Source: a virus (Duplodnaviria > Caudoviricetes). From it: DNA of 28,121 nucleotides. Positions 1 through 7,151 of this stretch are shown here, one piece after another (position 1 is the stretch's first letter; each line of letters begins with the position of its first letter). The notes below the pieces were generated by a model, which saw nothing but the letters and a program-made list of their open reading frames with translations, made no database searches and was not told the origin of the DNA. The translations under genes and the position numbers were made by a program. The stretch is taken from IMG/VR virus record IMGVR_UViG_3300025608_000073, positions 1 through 28,121 of that record; one strand, 5' to 3'.

Positions 1-198
1 TTCCAACTCAGCCGTATAACGCCTAACATCCATAGAGCCCTCACACGTCAAAAACGCACGAGCGTAACCCTTTTTATACTCAGCCTTAGCCCTAACCGCG
101 GCCTCGTCCAAGTCCGCAATAGTAGCGGTAGCCTCGTCAATTTCACGACCGATACGGCTAAGCGTGTCGATAATATCCGCTGGTGTAAGGTTACTCAC
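1..198 (-). CDS. Partial (5' part) copy of the 112-aa coiled-coil protein at 27442-27780
   Basis: Same frame as 27442-27780 inside the terminal repeat; truncated by the window edge. Confidence 0.85.
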   Translation of the reverse strand, partial: MSNLTPADIIDTLSRIGREIDEATATIADLDEAAVRAKAEYKKGYARAFLTCEGSMDVRRYTAELE

Positions 199-391
199 TC
201 TTACCCTCTACACGCTCACGGCGAGACTCACGCATTTTACGGAACAACACCGAGGTCTGCTTATAATAGTCAGTCCACGGCTTACCCTTGTCGCCAATAG
301 TCCACTGGTCAGACGCACCACACAATCGCACACGAGCTAAATACATCTCTAGCTGGTCGTTTACGTCTACATCCTGTATCGTGTAACTCAT
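191..391 (-). CDS. Hypothetical protein, 66 aa (identical protein to 27773-27973)
   Basis: ATGA overlap with the upstream gene; GGGGG RBS; differences between the two copies are all synonymous. Confidence 0.85.
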   Translation of the reverse strand: MSYTIQDVDVNDQLEMYLARVRLCGASDQWTIGDKGKPWTDYYKQTSVLFRKMRESRRERVEGKSE

Positions 392-939
392 TTTTTACCC
401 CCTGTAATCATTGCCTTACGTTGCGTTACTATCTTACGCACAAAGTCGGCGTAACCGTCACGTTTCGCCATATTCCACAAAGCCTCGAGCTCGTCAACCG
501 TGCCAGCCTTACTCACGTCATCAAAAAACGTAGCAGGTGCCTCTGGTGCCGACTGTACCGGTGCCCCACGTTGCACCTTCTCCATTTCTTCACGGCTAGC
601 CAACGAGCGGGCCGCGTCATCCTTGTTACCCGTCCACGCGGCCGACGCCAAAGCCATACAACGACCCACGGCCGAGCTCTCGCAATTCTCAAGAGCAGAC
701 GTAGAGTTAGCGCCAGCCTGCCCGTCAACCTCGAACGCGTGCCCCGTGGCCTTAGCCAACCCGTCTAACTGGTCCTCACGGGATAAGTAAAGCGTCGCCT
801 TCACCCGCCAAACACCCTTAGCCCTATCCTCGGCCGTCGAATAGTCGACAGTCTCCAACCGGTAATCTGGGTAAGCGGTCTCGAGCATAGCCAAACGCTC
901 GGCAACCGTCGCATACTTATTTAGGTCGAAACGTGCCAT
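388..939 (-). CDS. Rad52/Sak-like single-strand annealing protein
   Basis: Y.TVAERL...ATGHAFE...SALENCESSAVGR pattern typical of phage Rad52-fold annealases; lies near a YqaJ exonuclease; AGGAGG RBS. Confidence 0.7.
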   Translation of the reverse strand: MARFDLNKYATVAERLAMLETAYPDYRLETVDYSTAEDRAKGVWRVKATLYLSREDQLDGLAKATGHAFEVDGQAGANSTSALENCESSAVGRCMALASAAWTGNKDDAARSLASREEMEKVQRGAPVQSAPEAPATFFDDVSKAGTVDELEALWNMAKRDGYADFVRKIVTQRKAMITGGKK

Positions 940-1412
940 TATTTACCTCCTACGTGTACGCCACGACTGCGAGCGAATTGTTCTATATATGTTTTTTCGT
1001 TTAAACCTTTAATTAGCGAGTTACGATTTTTTGCAAGACGCTTATGGTCTCTACCGCCCTTAAACGCTTCTAGCAAAAGTCCAAACTCGGCCATATCGCC
1101 CAGAATTTCCCGAGAGAATTCTAAATTTTGGTCTACGCTCAATACCTCGATATAGTGCGTCAATTTTTGGCGGTATAGCTCGTTCTCGGTAGACAAAGCC
1201 TCAACGCTACTACGAGCCTCGTTTAGCTGTCTGAGGACGTCGCTATTTTCGTTAAAGACATTTTCCAAAGCGTGCAAACGTTGTAGCTCTTTACGCGCCT
1301 TTGTCAGCTCGTCTACAGTTACAGCTAACCGGCTCTTGACTTCTTGTAAATTAGTTTCCAGCTTATTTATTGTTTGCCTCACCGATTTCTCGGCGTGCTT
1401 TCCACGTGCCAT
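939..1412 (-). CDS. Coiled-coil hypothetical protein, 157 aa, AT-rich
   Basis: Heptad-like Leu/Glu/Lys pattern; TAATG-coupled to the next gene; RBS present. Confidence 0.8.
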   Translation of the reverse strand: MARGKHAEKSVRQTINKLETNLQEVKSRLAVTVDELTKARKELQRLHALENVFNENSDVLRQLNEARSSVEALSTENELYRQKLTHYIEVLSVDQNLEFSREILGDMAEFGLLLEAFKGGRDHKRLAKNRNSLIKGLNEKTYIEQFARSRGVHVGGK

Positions 1413-1415
1413 TAC

Positions 1416-2009
1416 CTACCCCTCTCTCTCTGTAATCGCCTGCCACAACTCGGCAGACCTTGTAACCATACTCTCTATTATGGTCTCGTCGCGGTCAATA
1501 AACCCATATTTAGGCTCGAGCCACGCCGGCACCATAACACCCGCCTCGGACTCCTCACGCAACAACCAAGCAAAAACGCAACGCTCAGCCCCAGTAACGT
1601 AAAGCTGCCACTGCACCTGCCGTACATAAGCGACCGGTATTTTATCGACAACACCCCAGTCTTTACCCGTCGTCTTAATCTCGCCGATCGTCAACCCGTC
1701 CAAGCTCAGCCCATCCGGTGTAGCCATCGCCACAAGGTTAGACTCGTGCCGTATCAGCCAATCATTAGGCATAACACCAGTCTCGCCCTTGACCCACATA
1801 GCCAGCCACGGCTCATTATCGAGCCCAAACTGCATATAAGCGTTAACCGTTACCGGTGTCTCATTATCCCAATCAGCGACAACCTCACGGAAACCCGACG
1901 GTGTCATAGCCTTAGACATAGTCGTAGCAGACAACCCCAACCTACGGGCGTCCAACCAAGCAACCTCGTCTAACTGTTTAGACGCCACAAACTGGTCAGC
2001 GGTAAGCAT
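1416..2009 (-). CDS. YqaJ-like (lambda Exo/RecE family) exonuclease
   Basis: WL..RR.GLSAT, G...E, ATPDG, EIKT and Y..QVQWQL motifs of YqaJ recombinase exonucleases. Confidence 0.9.
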   Translation of the reverse strand: MLTADQFVASKQLDEVAWLDARRLGLSATTMSKAMTPSGFREVVADWDNETPVTVNAYMQFGLDNEPWLAMWVKGETGVMPNDWLIRHESNLVAMATPDGLSLDGLTIGEIKTTGKDWGVVDKIPVAYVRQVQWQLYVTGAERCVFAWLLREESEAGVMVPAWLEPKYGFIDRDETIIESMVTRSAELWQAITEREG

Positions 2010-2221
2010 TAGTACCAGTGGTCGCCCATAACAGCGGCCAACTCATTCCCCGCAAAGTGCATACCGTCCGACAAAGCCGCAAAGCGACCCGACGCAATCA
2101 AGCTACGACTGCCCGAGCTCGCCTCAATAAGCGCCTTTGCGGTGCGAGTCTCGTACACCTCGACCAGTAACGTCTCGGCGTCATCCTCCACCACCTCGAC
2201 AATGTATTTAACGTCATCCAT
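2009..2221 (-). CDS. Hypothetical protein, 70 aa (MDDVKY...)
   Basis: Likely start is ATG at 2221, overlapping the end of the upstream gene; stop is TAATG-coupled to the exonuclease. Confidence 0.7.
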   Translation of the reverse strand: MDDVKYIVEVVEDDAETLLVEVYETRTAKALIEASSGSRSLIASGRFAALSDGMHFAGNELAAVMGDHWY

Positions 2222-2513
2222 TAGACAACCCCCACACAATCGAATAACGGCCCGAGTCCAACCGTACACGACGGCCAGTATCCACCACCAGGCCACGATC
2301 GACCAACTCGGCACGACGAGACCTAATACCAGACTCGGACGCCCGAGGTGCCGTCTTATAAGAGTTATACGCCTGCACCAGTTGACTATCGTTACGTGGT
2401 CGCTTAAGGCACCGTAAAATATACGCTTGCGTCGCCGTCACGTTATCCACCGAGTCAGCGGCCAAGTGAGACGTAACCGGATCGGTCCTACGAGCTCTAA
2501 CCGTCCTCGCCAT
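2214..2513 (-). CDS. Putative winged-helix DNA-binding protein, 99 aa
   Basis: ARRTDPVTSH.AA N-terminal motif and ESGIRSRRAELVDRGLV.DTG wHTH-like pattern common in phages; ATG at 2513. Confidence 0.75.
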   Translation of the reverse strand: MARTVRARRTDPVTSHLAADSVDNVTATQAYILRCLKRPRNDSQLVQAYNSYKTAPRASESGIRSRRAELVDRGLVVDTGRRVRLDSGRYSIVWGLSNG

Positions 2514-2673
2514 CCTCGCCCACCCCCTCAGTACCAAACGTAAGCCGCATATTTTCCAGCGCCGTACGCAACTCTCGGGCCTGCTTAAGACTCATAACAA
2601 GCCTGCCCTCGTCCATATCCCAACCATCGGTAGCGGTAATAAACACCTGACTACCCGTACTATCTACCCGCAT
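2497..2673 (-). CDS. Hypothetical protein, 58 aa (MRVDSTGSQVFIT...), absent from the ORF track
   Basis: Manually translated open frame that fills the gap between whiB and the wHTH gene and overlaps both; GAGGGG RBS. Confidence 0.7.
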   Translation of the reverse strand: MRVDSTGSQVFITATDGWDMDEGRLVMSLKQARELRTALENMRLTFGTEGVGEDGEDG

Positions 2674-2920
2674 TAGTTATTTTCCCTCTCTCCTCTGGAC
2701 CCAAACCGCCCCAGACGCCGTAAGTTTCGTTAGCGCCTAAAGCATACTCGAGACATTCTAATTTTACTGGACACAACCGACACAACTGTTTCGCCACGTA
2801 GTAACTAACCCCGTGCTCGGGGAAAAAAGCCGACGGGTCAGCCTGACACGGCACCTCGCCCCCAGCCTCGTCGATCGCGTGTAACAGGTTGTCGTACCCT
2901 GGGGGTGTGTAAAAGCTCAC
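2660..2920 (-). CDS. whiB: WhiB-family transcription factor
   Basis: Four Cys (C...CxxC....C) plus the GVWGG turn. Confidence 0.95.
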   Translation of the reverse strand: MSFYTPPGYDNLLHAIDEAGGEVPCQADPSAFFPEHGVSYYVAKQLCRLCPVKLECLEYALGANETYGVWGGLGPEERGKITNAGR

Positions 2921-3063
2921 CGGTCACGTACCGCCATAAGAGCACCAGCGGCCATAACCAACACCCCATACAACGTAAGCCCGTTAACAGGCACGTTATA
3001 AGGGTCAATTACGCCAGGTGTGAGCGTCATAACGGCACCGATAGCCACAACAAGGTAAGCCAT
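2917..3063 (-). CDS. Small membrane protein, 48 aa (MAYLVVAIGA...)
   Basis: TAATG coupling at 3063; two hydrophobic segments; GTGA overlap with whiB. Confidence 0.7.
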   Translation of the reverse strand: MAYLVVAIGAVMTLTPGVIDPYNVPVNGLTLYGVLVMAAGALMAVRDR

Positions 3064-3416
3064 TAGACGAGCCTCGACAGCCACAACAACAACCCAATAG
3101 CGAGAACCCCAAACGCTGCCAAAGAGGCAACCAAAACCCAATACTCGGTCTTGGTCAACTGGATAACCTCGGCCGCCTTCTCAAGGTGTCGAGCCTGCCG
3201 ACGGCTAAGAGGTTGTAAAGCGACGTGCTCAGTAGCAGCTTTAGGGTGAGCCGGCAAGTGCTCCCACAGCTCTATAGCCTTCCACACGCGATCGGCGGAC
3301 TCGTGCAACCAAGCCCACGCTACATCGTCCAGCGTGTAACCGACAGCCTTGTACCAGCTCTCGTAACGGGTAACGTCATCCTGTAACGCTACCTCGATAT
3401 TGTTGTAGTACCCCAT
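3063..3416 (-). CDS. Hypothetical protein with C-terminal transmembrane helix (first early gene)
   Basis: GAGAGG RBS; hydrophobic C-terminus; first full ORF after the late terminator. Confidence 0.8.
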   Translation of the reverse strand: MGYYNNIEVALQDDVTRYESWYKAVGYTLDDVAWAWLHESADRVWKAIELWEHLPAHPKAATEHVALQPLSRRQARHLEKAAEVIQLTKTEYWVLVASLAAFGVLAIGLLLWLSRLV

Positions 3417-3460
3417 TGTTTCTACCTCTCTCTAGGTTTATGGCTGTGTGCCATTACCAC

Positions 3461-3490
3461 AGTCTTGCACAAAACCCTACGGTCTCGCAA
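3461..3490 (-). promoter_or_regulatory. Putative early sigma-A promoter
   Basis: TTGCGA-N18-AAGACT with a TG extension, in the only gap between the terminator and the first early gene. Confidence 0.45.
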
Positions 3491-3516
3491 CATTGACTCT
3501 ACAGAGTGTCGGAAAC

Positions 3517-3556
3517 AAAAAAAAGACCCCCCTAAGCTCGAAAGCCTAGAGGGGTC
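3517..3556 (-). terminator. Rho-independent terminator ending the late/lysis operon
   Basis: GACCCCTCTAGGCT-TTCG-AGCTTAGGGGGGTC: 14-bp stem with G-U pairs, followed by T8. Confidence 0.93.
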
Positions 3557-3577
3557 CACCCTGAGAGAGAGGGTTAT

Positions 3578-3670
3578 TTACTGGCAGCTATCACACTGCA
3601 AAAGTTCCATAGGGTCTACAGGTACCTCGTAATCTGACACACGCTCTACAGCGTCCAGGCGGGCGTTCAC
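3578..3670 (-). CDS. 30-aa microprotein ending in CxxCQ (MNARLDAVERVSDYEVPVDPMELLQCDSCQ)
   Basis: GTG start overlaps the holin stop (GTGA); the stop lies just before the terminator; below the ORF-track cutoff. Confidence 0.7.
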   Translation of the reverse strand: MNARLDAVERVSDYEVPVDPMELLQCDSCQ

Positions 3671-3867
3671 TCGCTGGCCTTGTCATACTGGAGCACCGAC
3701 GTAAGCAGCGACATAATCAAAGCGAGCGAGGACACAGAGAGCACGTTAACCCAGTCCACCTCGAAAATACCTACAGCTCCAACGCCGATAGTGGCGATAG
3801 CCGTCTGTGCCCAAGTTTTCAGAGCGCGCTCTGTGGCGTACTCGTGGAAACGCATTAGTTTATCCAT
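3667..3867 (-). CDS. Holin, r1t family
   Basis: ERALKTWAQT...VDW..VLSVS.LA...SLLTSV signature of r1t-type holins; located in the lysis cassette. Confidence 0.88.
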   Translation of the reverse strand: MDKLMRFHEYATERALKTWAQTAIATIGVGAVGIFEVDWVNVLSVSSLALIMSLLTSVLQYDKASE

Positions 3868-4090
3868 CTGGGTTACCCTCTTTTCTCTGTAATCTTACAT
3901 CCTCATACGCGCTAGCACCTGTATAAACGCTCAAAGCTGCGCCCATAAGGCCAGCCACCGACAACACCACAGTATCCAATACTGCGCGATCGTCACCACT
4001 GAAAAGCACGTACACAATAACTACAGCGCCAAAACCGAGCGTACTAAATATAGCTCGTCTGCGATATTTCCACGAGGGGCCGTCGCTCAC
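3860..4090 (-). CDS. Membrane protein, 76 aa, two TM helices (holin-like)
   Basis: GTG at 4090 overlaps the upstream TGA; SWKYRRR followed by two hydrophobic helices. Confidence 0.75.
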   Translation of the reverse strand: MSDGPSWKYRRRAIFSTLGFGAVVIVYVLFSGDDRAVLDTVVLSVAGLMGAALSVYTGASAYEDVRLQRKEGNPDG

Positions 4091-4323
4091 CCTGCAAGCC
4101 CCACGATCCACGGCATAACCGCGGCCACAAGACCAAAACCACCCACAGCCCAACCCATACGGGTCTCGAGCTTGCGAATACGAGCCTCGTGGTCGTCGAT
4201 CGTCTCCTCGCTGTTAGGCAGACTATTAGCCACCTTCTCCAACAGCTTGCCCTGGCGTTGCACCTCAGCGTAAATATCGCGCATAGACACCCTTACCGCG
4301 GTCGTCTCGTTACTCTCAGCCAT
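4087..4323 (-). CDS. Coiled-coil plus C-terminal TM lysis-cassette membrane protein, 78 aa
   Basis: DHEARIRKLE coiled coil then one TM helix; TAATG-coupled to the endolysin. Confidence 0.75.
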   Translation of the reverse strand: MAESNETTAVRVSMRDIYAEVQRQGKLLEKVANSLPNSEETIDDHEARIRKLETRMGWAVGGFGLVAAVMPWIVGLAG

Positions 4324-4862
4324 TACCGTAACGCCCTACGTACATCGAAAAACCGGCGTAAGCGAGCGCTCATAGGCTTTACCACACGTGGCGGTTTAGA
4401 TGCCGGCGTCACCTCGACTTTAGGCTCTGGCTCGACAGGCGCGACCTCGTCAACCTCAAAATAAGGCATCGGGTCTACAGTCTGCCCCCAAGTCCGCGTA
4501 GGGTGGCGTACCTCGAAGTGCAGGTGCGGTCCTGTGCTAGCACCAGTATTGCCTACCAGCGCTATCCGCTCCCCTTGTTGGACGCGTGTGCCCTTGAGCA
4601 AGTGCGATGGCTTTGCAAGGTGGTAGTAAACCGTGTAAAGATCGGGCGCGTGCTTGATAATCAGCGTGTACCCGCCAGACCCGCCAGCGCCCTTATGCAC
4701 GATCACACCGTCCGCCGGTGCGGTCAAGGGTGTACCTGTGGGCGCGGCTACGTCTACCCCGTGGTGGAACTTGCGTTTACCCGTGATGGGGTGAACGCGC
4801 CACCCGTAAGGGCTACGAGCGTTTACCGTGTACGGTTCGGGCCAAGGTTCGACCAGTCGCAT
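4323..4862 (-). CDS. Endolysin, M23 metallopeptidase
   Basis: HxGxD (HHGVD) and GxTGxSTGPHLHFE zinc motifs; upstream of the holins. Confidence 0.93.
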   Translation of the reverse strand: MRLVEPWPEPYTVNARSPYGWRVHPITGKRKFHHGVDVAAPTGTPLTAPADGVIVHKGAGGSGGYTLIIKHAPDLYTVYYHLAKPSHLLKGTRVQQGERIALVGNTGASTGPHLHFEVRHPTRTWGQTVDPMPYFEVDEVAPVEPEPKVEVTPASKPPRVVKPMSARLRRFFDVRRALR

Positions 4863-5791
4863 TACACTCTCACTCTTACGATAACAATACCGGAACCACC
4901 ATTACCGCCTCTATCAACTGGGGTTGAGTCGTATTGCCCGCCACCACCACCGCCGGTGTTGGCAGTGGCATCAGTTGGAGTTGTATAGACTGTTCCTGAT
5001 GCACCACCGCCGGAACCACCAGCACCACCTGACGATGCACCACCGCCGCCACCGCCGCCGGCATAAGTTACCGCCGAACCGGTAATAGAGTTCGCGGTTC
5101 CAGCGCCACCAGCGCCACCAGTGTTACTACTAGGGGCCGTGCCCCCGACAGCTCCAGCACCGCCACCACCGCCACCGGAAGAAGCGTTGCCCTGACCACC
5201 ATCATTACCCAGGGTTGGAATACCGAGACCACCAGCGACTAAAACACCAGCATTTAGACCACTCGCACCGCCACCAGAAGCTCCATTTTGCCCAGCGGCA
5301 CTGTCAATACTTGTTGAGCTGTATCGAATAGCAAAACCGGCACCGCCACCACCGCCAGGAGCAAAGTATTTTGACAATGAGGATGCGCCACCGCTGCCCC
5401 CTTGTGAGCCAGTATTCCCCTGGTCGTTTCTACCGAGACCGCCAGCGCCTACAACAACATCAAGTGAACCGGCAGGGATATAAGCGTTCTCGATATAAAG
5501 CAAACCACCGGCACCTCCACCACCGGCGTAACCAAGACCACCTGCTCCGCCTCCACCAACAAGCAGAACATCCGCATACCCGCCACGAGTAACCGTCAAA
5601 GTCCCATCGCTAGTAAACGACACATACTCGTAATCGAACCCATCCGTATAAGACCCCGTAGGAGTATTACTGATAGCCGCGTGAACCTCCAACGCGCCAC
5701 CCAACAACTGCCACCTAGAATTAGCGTCATCCCAGTAATAGTTGTTGTAAATCTGCCCGTCAGTAGGGCTAGTAGGAAAATCAAGAGCCAT
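4862..5791 (-). CDS. Glycine-rich tail fibre/receptor-binding protein 2
   Basis: MALDFP.SP.DGQ N-terminus; LLVGGGGAGG...GGSGIVIVR glycine-rich fibre domain. Confidence 0.8.
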   Translation of the reverse strand: MALDFPTSPTDGQIYNNYYWDDANSRWQLLGGALEVHAAISNTPTGSYTDGFDYEYVSFTSDGTLTVTRGGYADVLLVGGGGAGGLGYAGGGGAGGLLYIENAYIPAGSLDVVVGAGGLGRNDQGNTGSQGGSGGASSLSKYFAPGGGGGAGFAIRYSSTSIDSAAGQNGASGGGASGLNAGVLVAGGLGIPTLGNDGGQGNASSGGGGGGAGAVGGTAPSSNTGGAGGAGTANSITGSAVTYAGGGGGGGASSGGAGGSGGGASGTVYTTPTDATANTGGGGGGQYDSTPVDRGGNGGSGIVIVRVRV

Positions 5792-6612
5792 TAGCCAATC
5801 CTCACAATCACAATACCCGAAGCGCCGTTATTCCAGCCGTCCCCACCATTACCAGTATTAGCCGTAGCGGCCCCACCGGTAGTAGCGTTTCCGCCACGCG
5901 CCCGAGTCACTGACGAACCTGTTATAGAGGTTGCAAGCCCAGCCCCGCCAGCGCCACCAGATGCACCAGACGCACCAACAGCCCCAGCGCCACCGCCACC
6001 TGACCCACCGCCGCTACCTGTGGCGGCTAAGCCACCATCGTTTCCAAGTCCAGGCGTGCCTTTCCCCCCAGGTCTACCGGCATCAAGCGCTCCTGAGCTA
6101 CCACCGCCAGACCCACCGTTGTTGCCAAAATCTGCGTAACCATTGTCATATTTAGCGCCCCCGCCGCCACCGCCGCCAGGAGCATAAAAGCTGCCAAGCC
6201 TACTTGACTCGCCGTTCTTTCCTCCCTGAGGGATACTGTTGCTGTCGCCAGCTCGGTCTCCACCAGGGCCGACAACAACGGGTAACTCTCCGGCGGGCAA
6301 AAAAGCGTTTTCAATATATAAGTGGCCGCCTGCGCCACCGCCAGAAACATAAGTGCGCCCACCCGCGCCACCGCCACCGATAACGAGAATGTCAGCAAGG
6401 CCAGCAACATCCACAGTAATCGTGCCGTCACCCGTGAACGAGTAAATAGTTGCATCACCGTCAGTAGTGGTGGCAACCGTTCCCGTCACACCGGAAACAC
6501 CGGCAAGATTTTCTACAGTGCCACGCACGCGCCACAGAGAATAAGTGTCATCCCAAACAAAACCGTTATACAACTGCCCATCTACGGGGCTGTCGGGAAA
6601 ATCAAGCGCCAT
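5791..6612 (-). CDS. Glycine-rich tail fibre/receptor-binding protein 1
   Basis: Paralog of 4862-5791 with the same N-terminal motif and GIVIVR C-terminus. Confidence 0.8.
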   Translation of the reverse strand: MALDFPDSPVDGQLYNGFVWDDTYSLWRVRGTVENLAGVSGVTGTVATTTDGDATIYSFTGDGTITVDVAGLADILVIGGGGAGGRTYVSGGGAGGHLYIENAFLPAGELPVVVGPGGDRAGDSNSIPQGGKNGESSRLGSFYAPGGGGGGGAKYDNGYADFGNNGGSGGGSSGALDAGRPGGKGTPGLGNDGGLAATGSGGGSGGGGAGAVGASGASGGAGGAGLATSITGSSVTRARGGNATTGGAATANTGNGGDGWNNGASGIVIVRIG

Positions 6613-7151
6613 TACTCGACCACCTCATCCTCAACAGGCTCGGCAACCCACTGTGCGAACAACGTCAGCTCAGCCGTGAAAGCATAATCCGCCTCATCAG
6701 CATACGAATCACCCGAACCATCCGCTACAGTGTTCCACTCATCAAAAGTGTGACCCTCCAACGCAAACCCGTTAGCGGTCAAAGCGTGCGTGCCAGCATC
6801 AAGCTGGAAAGGCATCGAACCATCCCCACCGTTAGCATCAAAGAACACAAGGGCAGGGTAAGGGTGTGCATCCTTCACAGCCTGCACAGCATCCAACCAA
6901 TCCTGCTCCGTGGCCTCACCACGCTGAAAATCAAAAAACACTGGGTCAGAGTCATCACGGTAAGCTGCCTGCCGGTTAGCCACCACCCTGGCGTGAGCAA
7001 CCTCGTACTCGACCTGAGCCTGCTCAGCCTCCAACTCGGCAAAAGTCGGTTTCGTGCTGTCAGACAACCAAGTAAGGCCACTGTAAGAGTCACCGTCGAG
7101 AGTCCACTCGGCATCGGGGTAACGCTTAGTAAGTATCTGTGCAATATCCAT
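6612..7151 (-). CDS. Tail-fibre assembly-like protein fused to an InlB B-repeat (Listeria-Bacteroides repeat) domain
   Basis: N-terminal half resembles short proteins that follow fibres (YPDAEW...LTW...KPT..EL...R..AY...VK..HPYP); C-terminal FDANGG.G.M...F...G.TF..WNT..DGSG..Y...TLFAQW matches the B-repeat pattern. Confidence 0.75.
   Translation of the reverse strand: MDIAQILTKRYPDAEWTLDGDSYSGLTWLSDSTKPTFAELEAEQAQVEYEVAHARVVANRQAAYRDDSDPVFFDFQRGEATEQDWLDAVQAVKDAHPYPALVFFDANGGDGSMPFQLDAGTHALTANGFALEGHTFDEWNTVADGSGDSYADEADYAFTAELTLFAQWVAEPVEDEVVE

Larger units (their letters stand above)
1..539. repeat. Terminal direct repeat, copy 1 (circular overlap)
   Basis: Matches 27583-28121 without gaps (offset 27582), with 14 substitutions by manual alignment. 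Confidence 0.97.

Noticed and set aside
4900-6400. CCACCGCC-type repeats as a possible CRISPR array or VNTR
   Set aside because: They simply encode poly-Gly tracts; there is no repeat-spacer periodicity.
4862-6612. Paralogous fibres as a diversity-generating retroelement TR/VR pair
   Set aside because: No reverse transcriptase is present and there is no near-identical repeat with adenine-specific differences.
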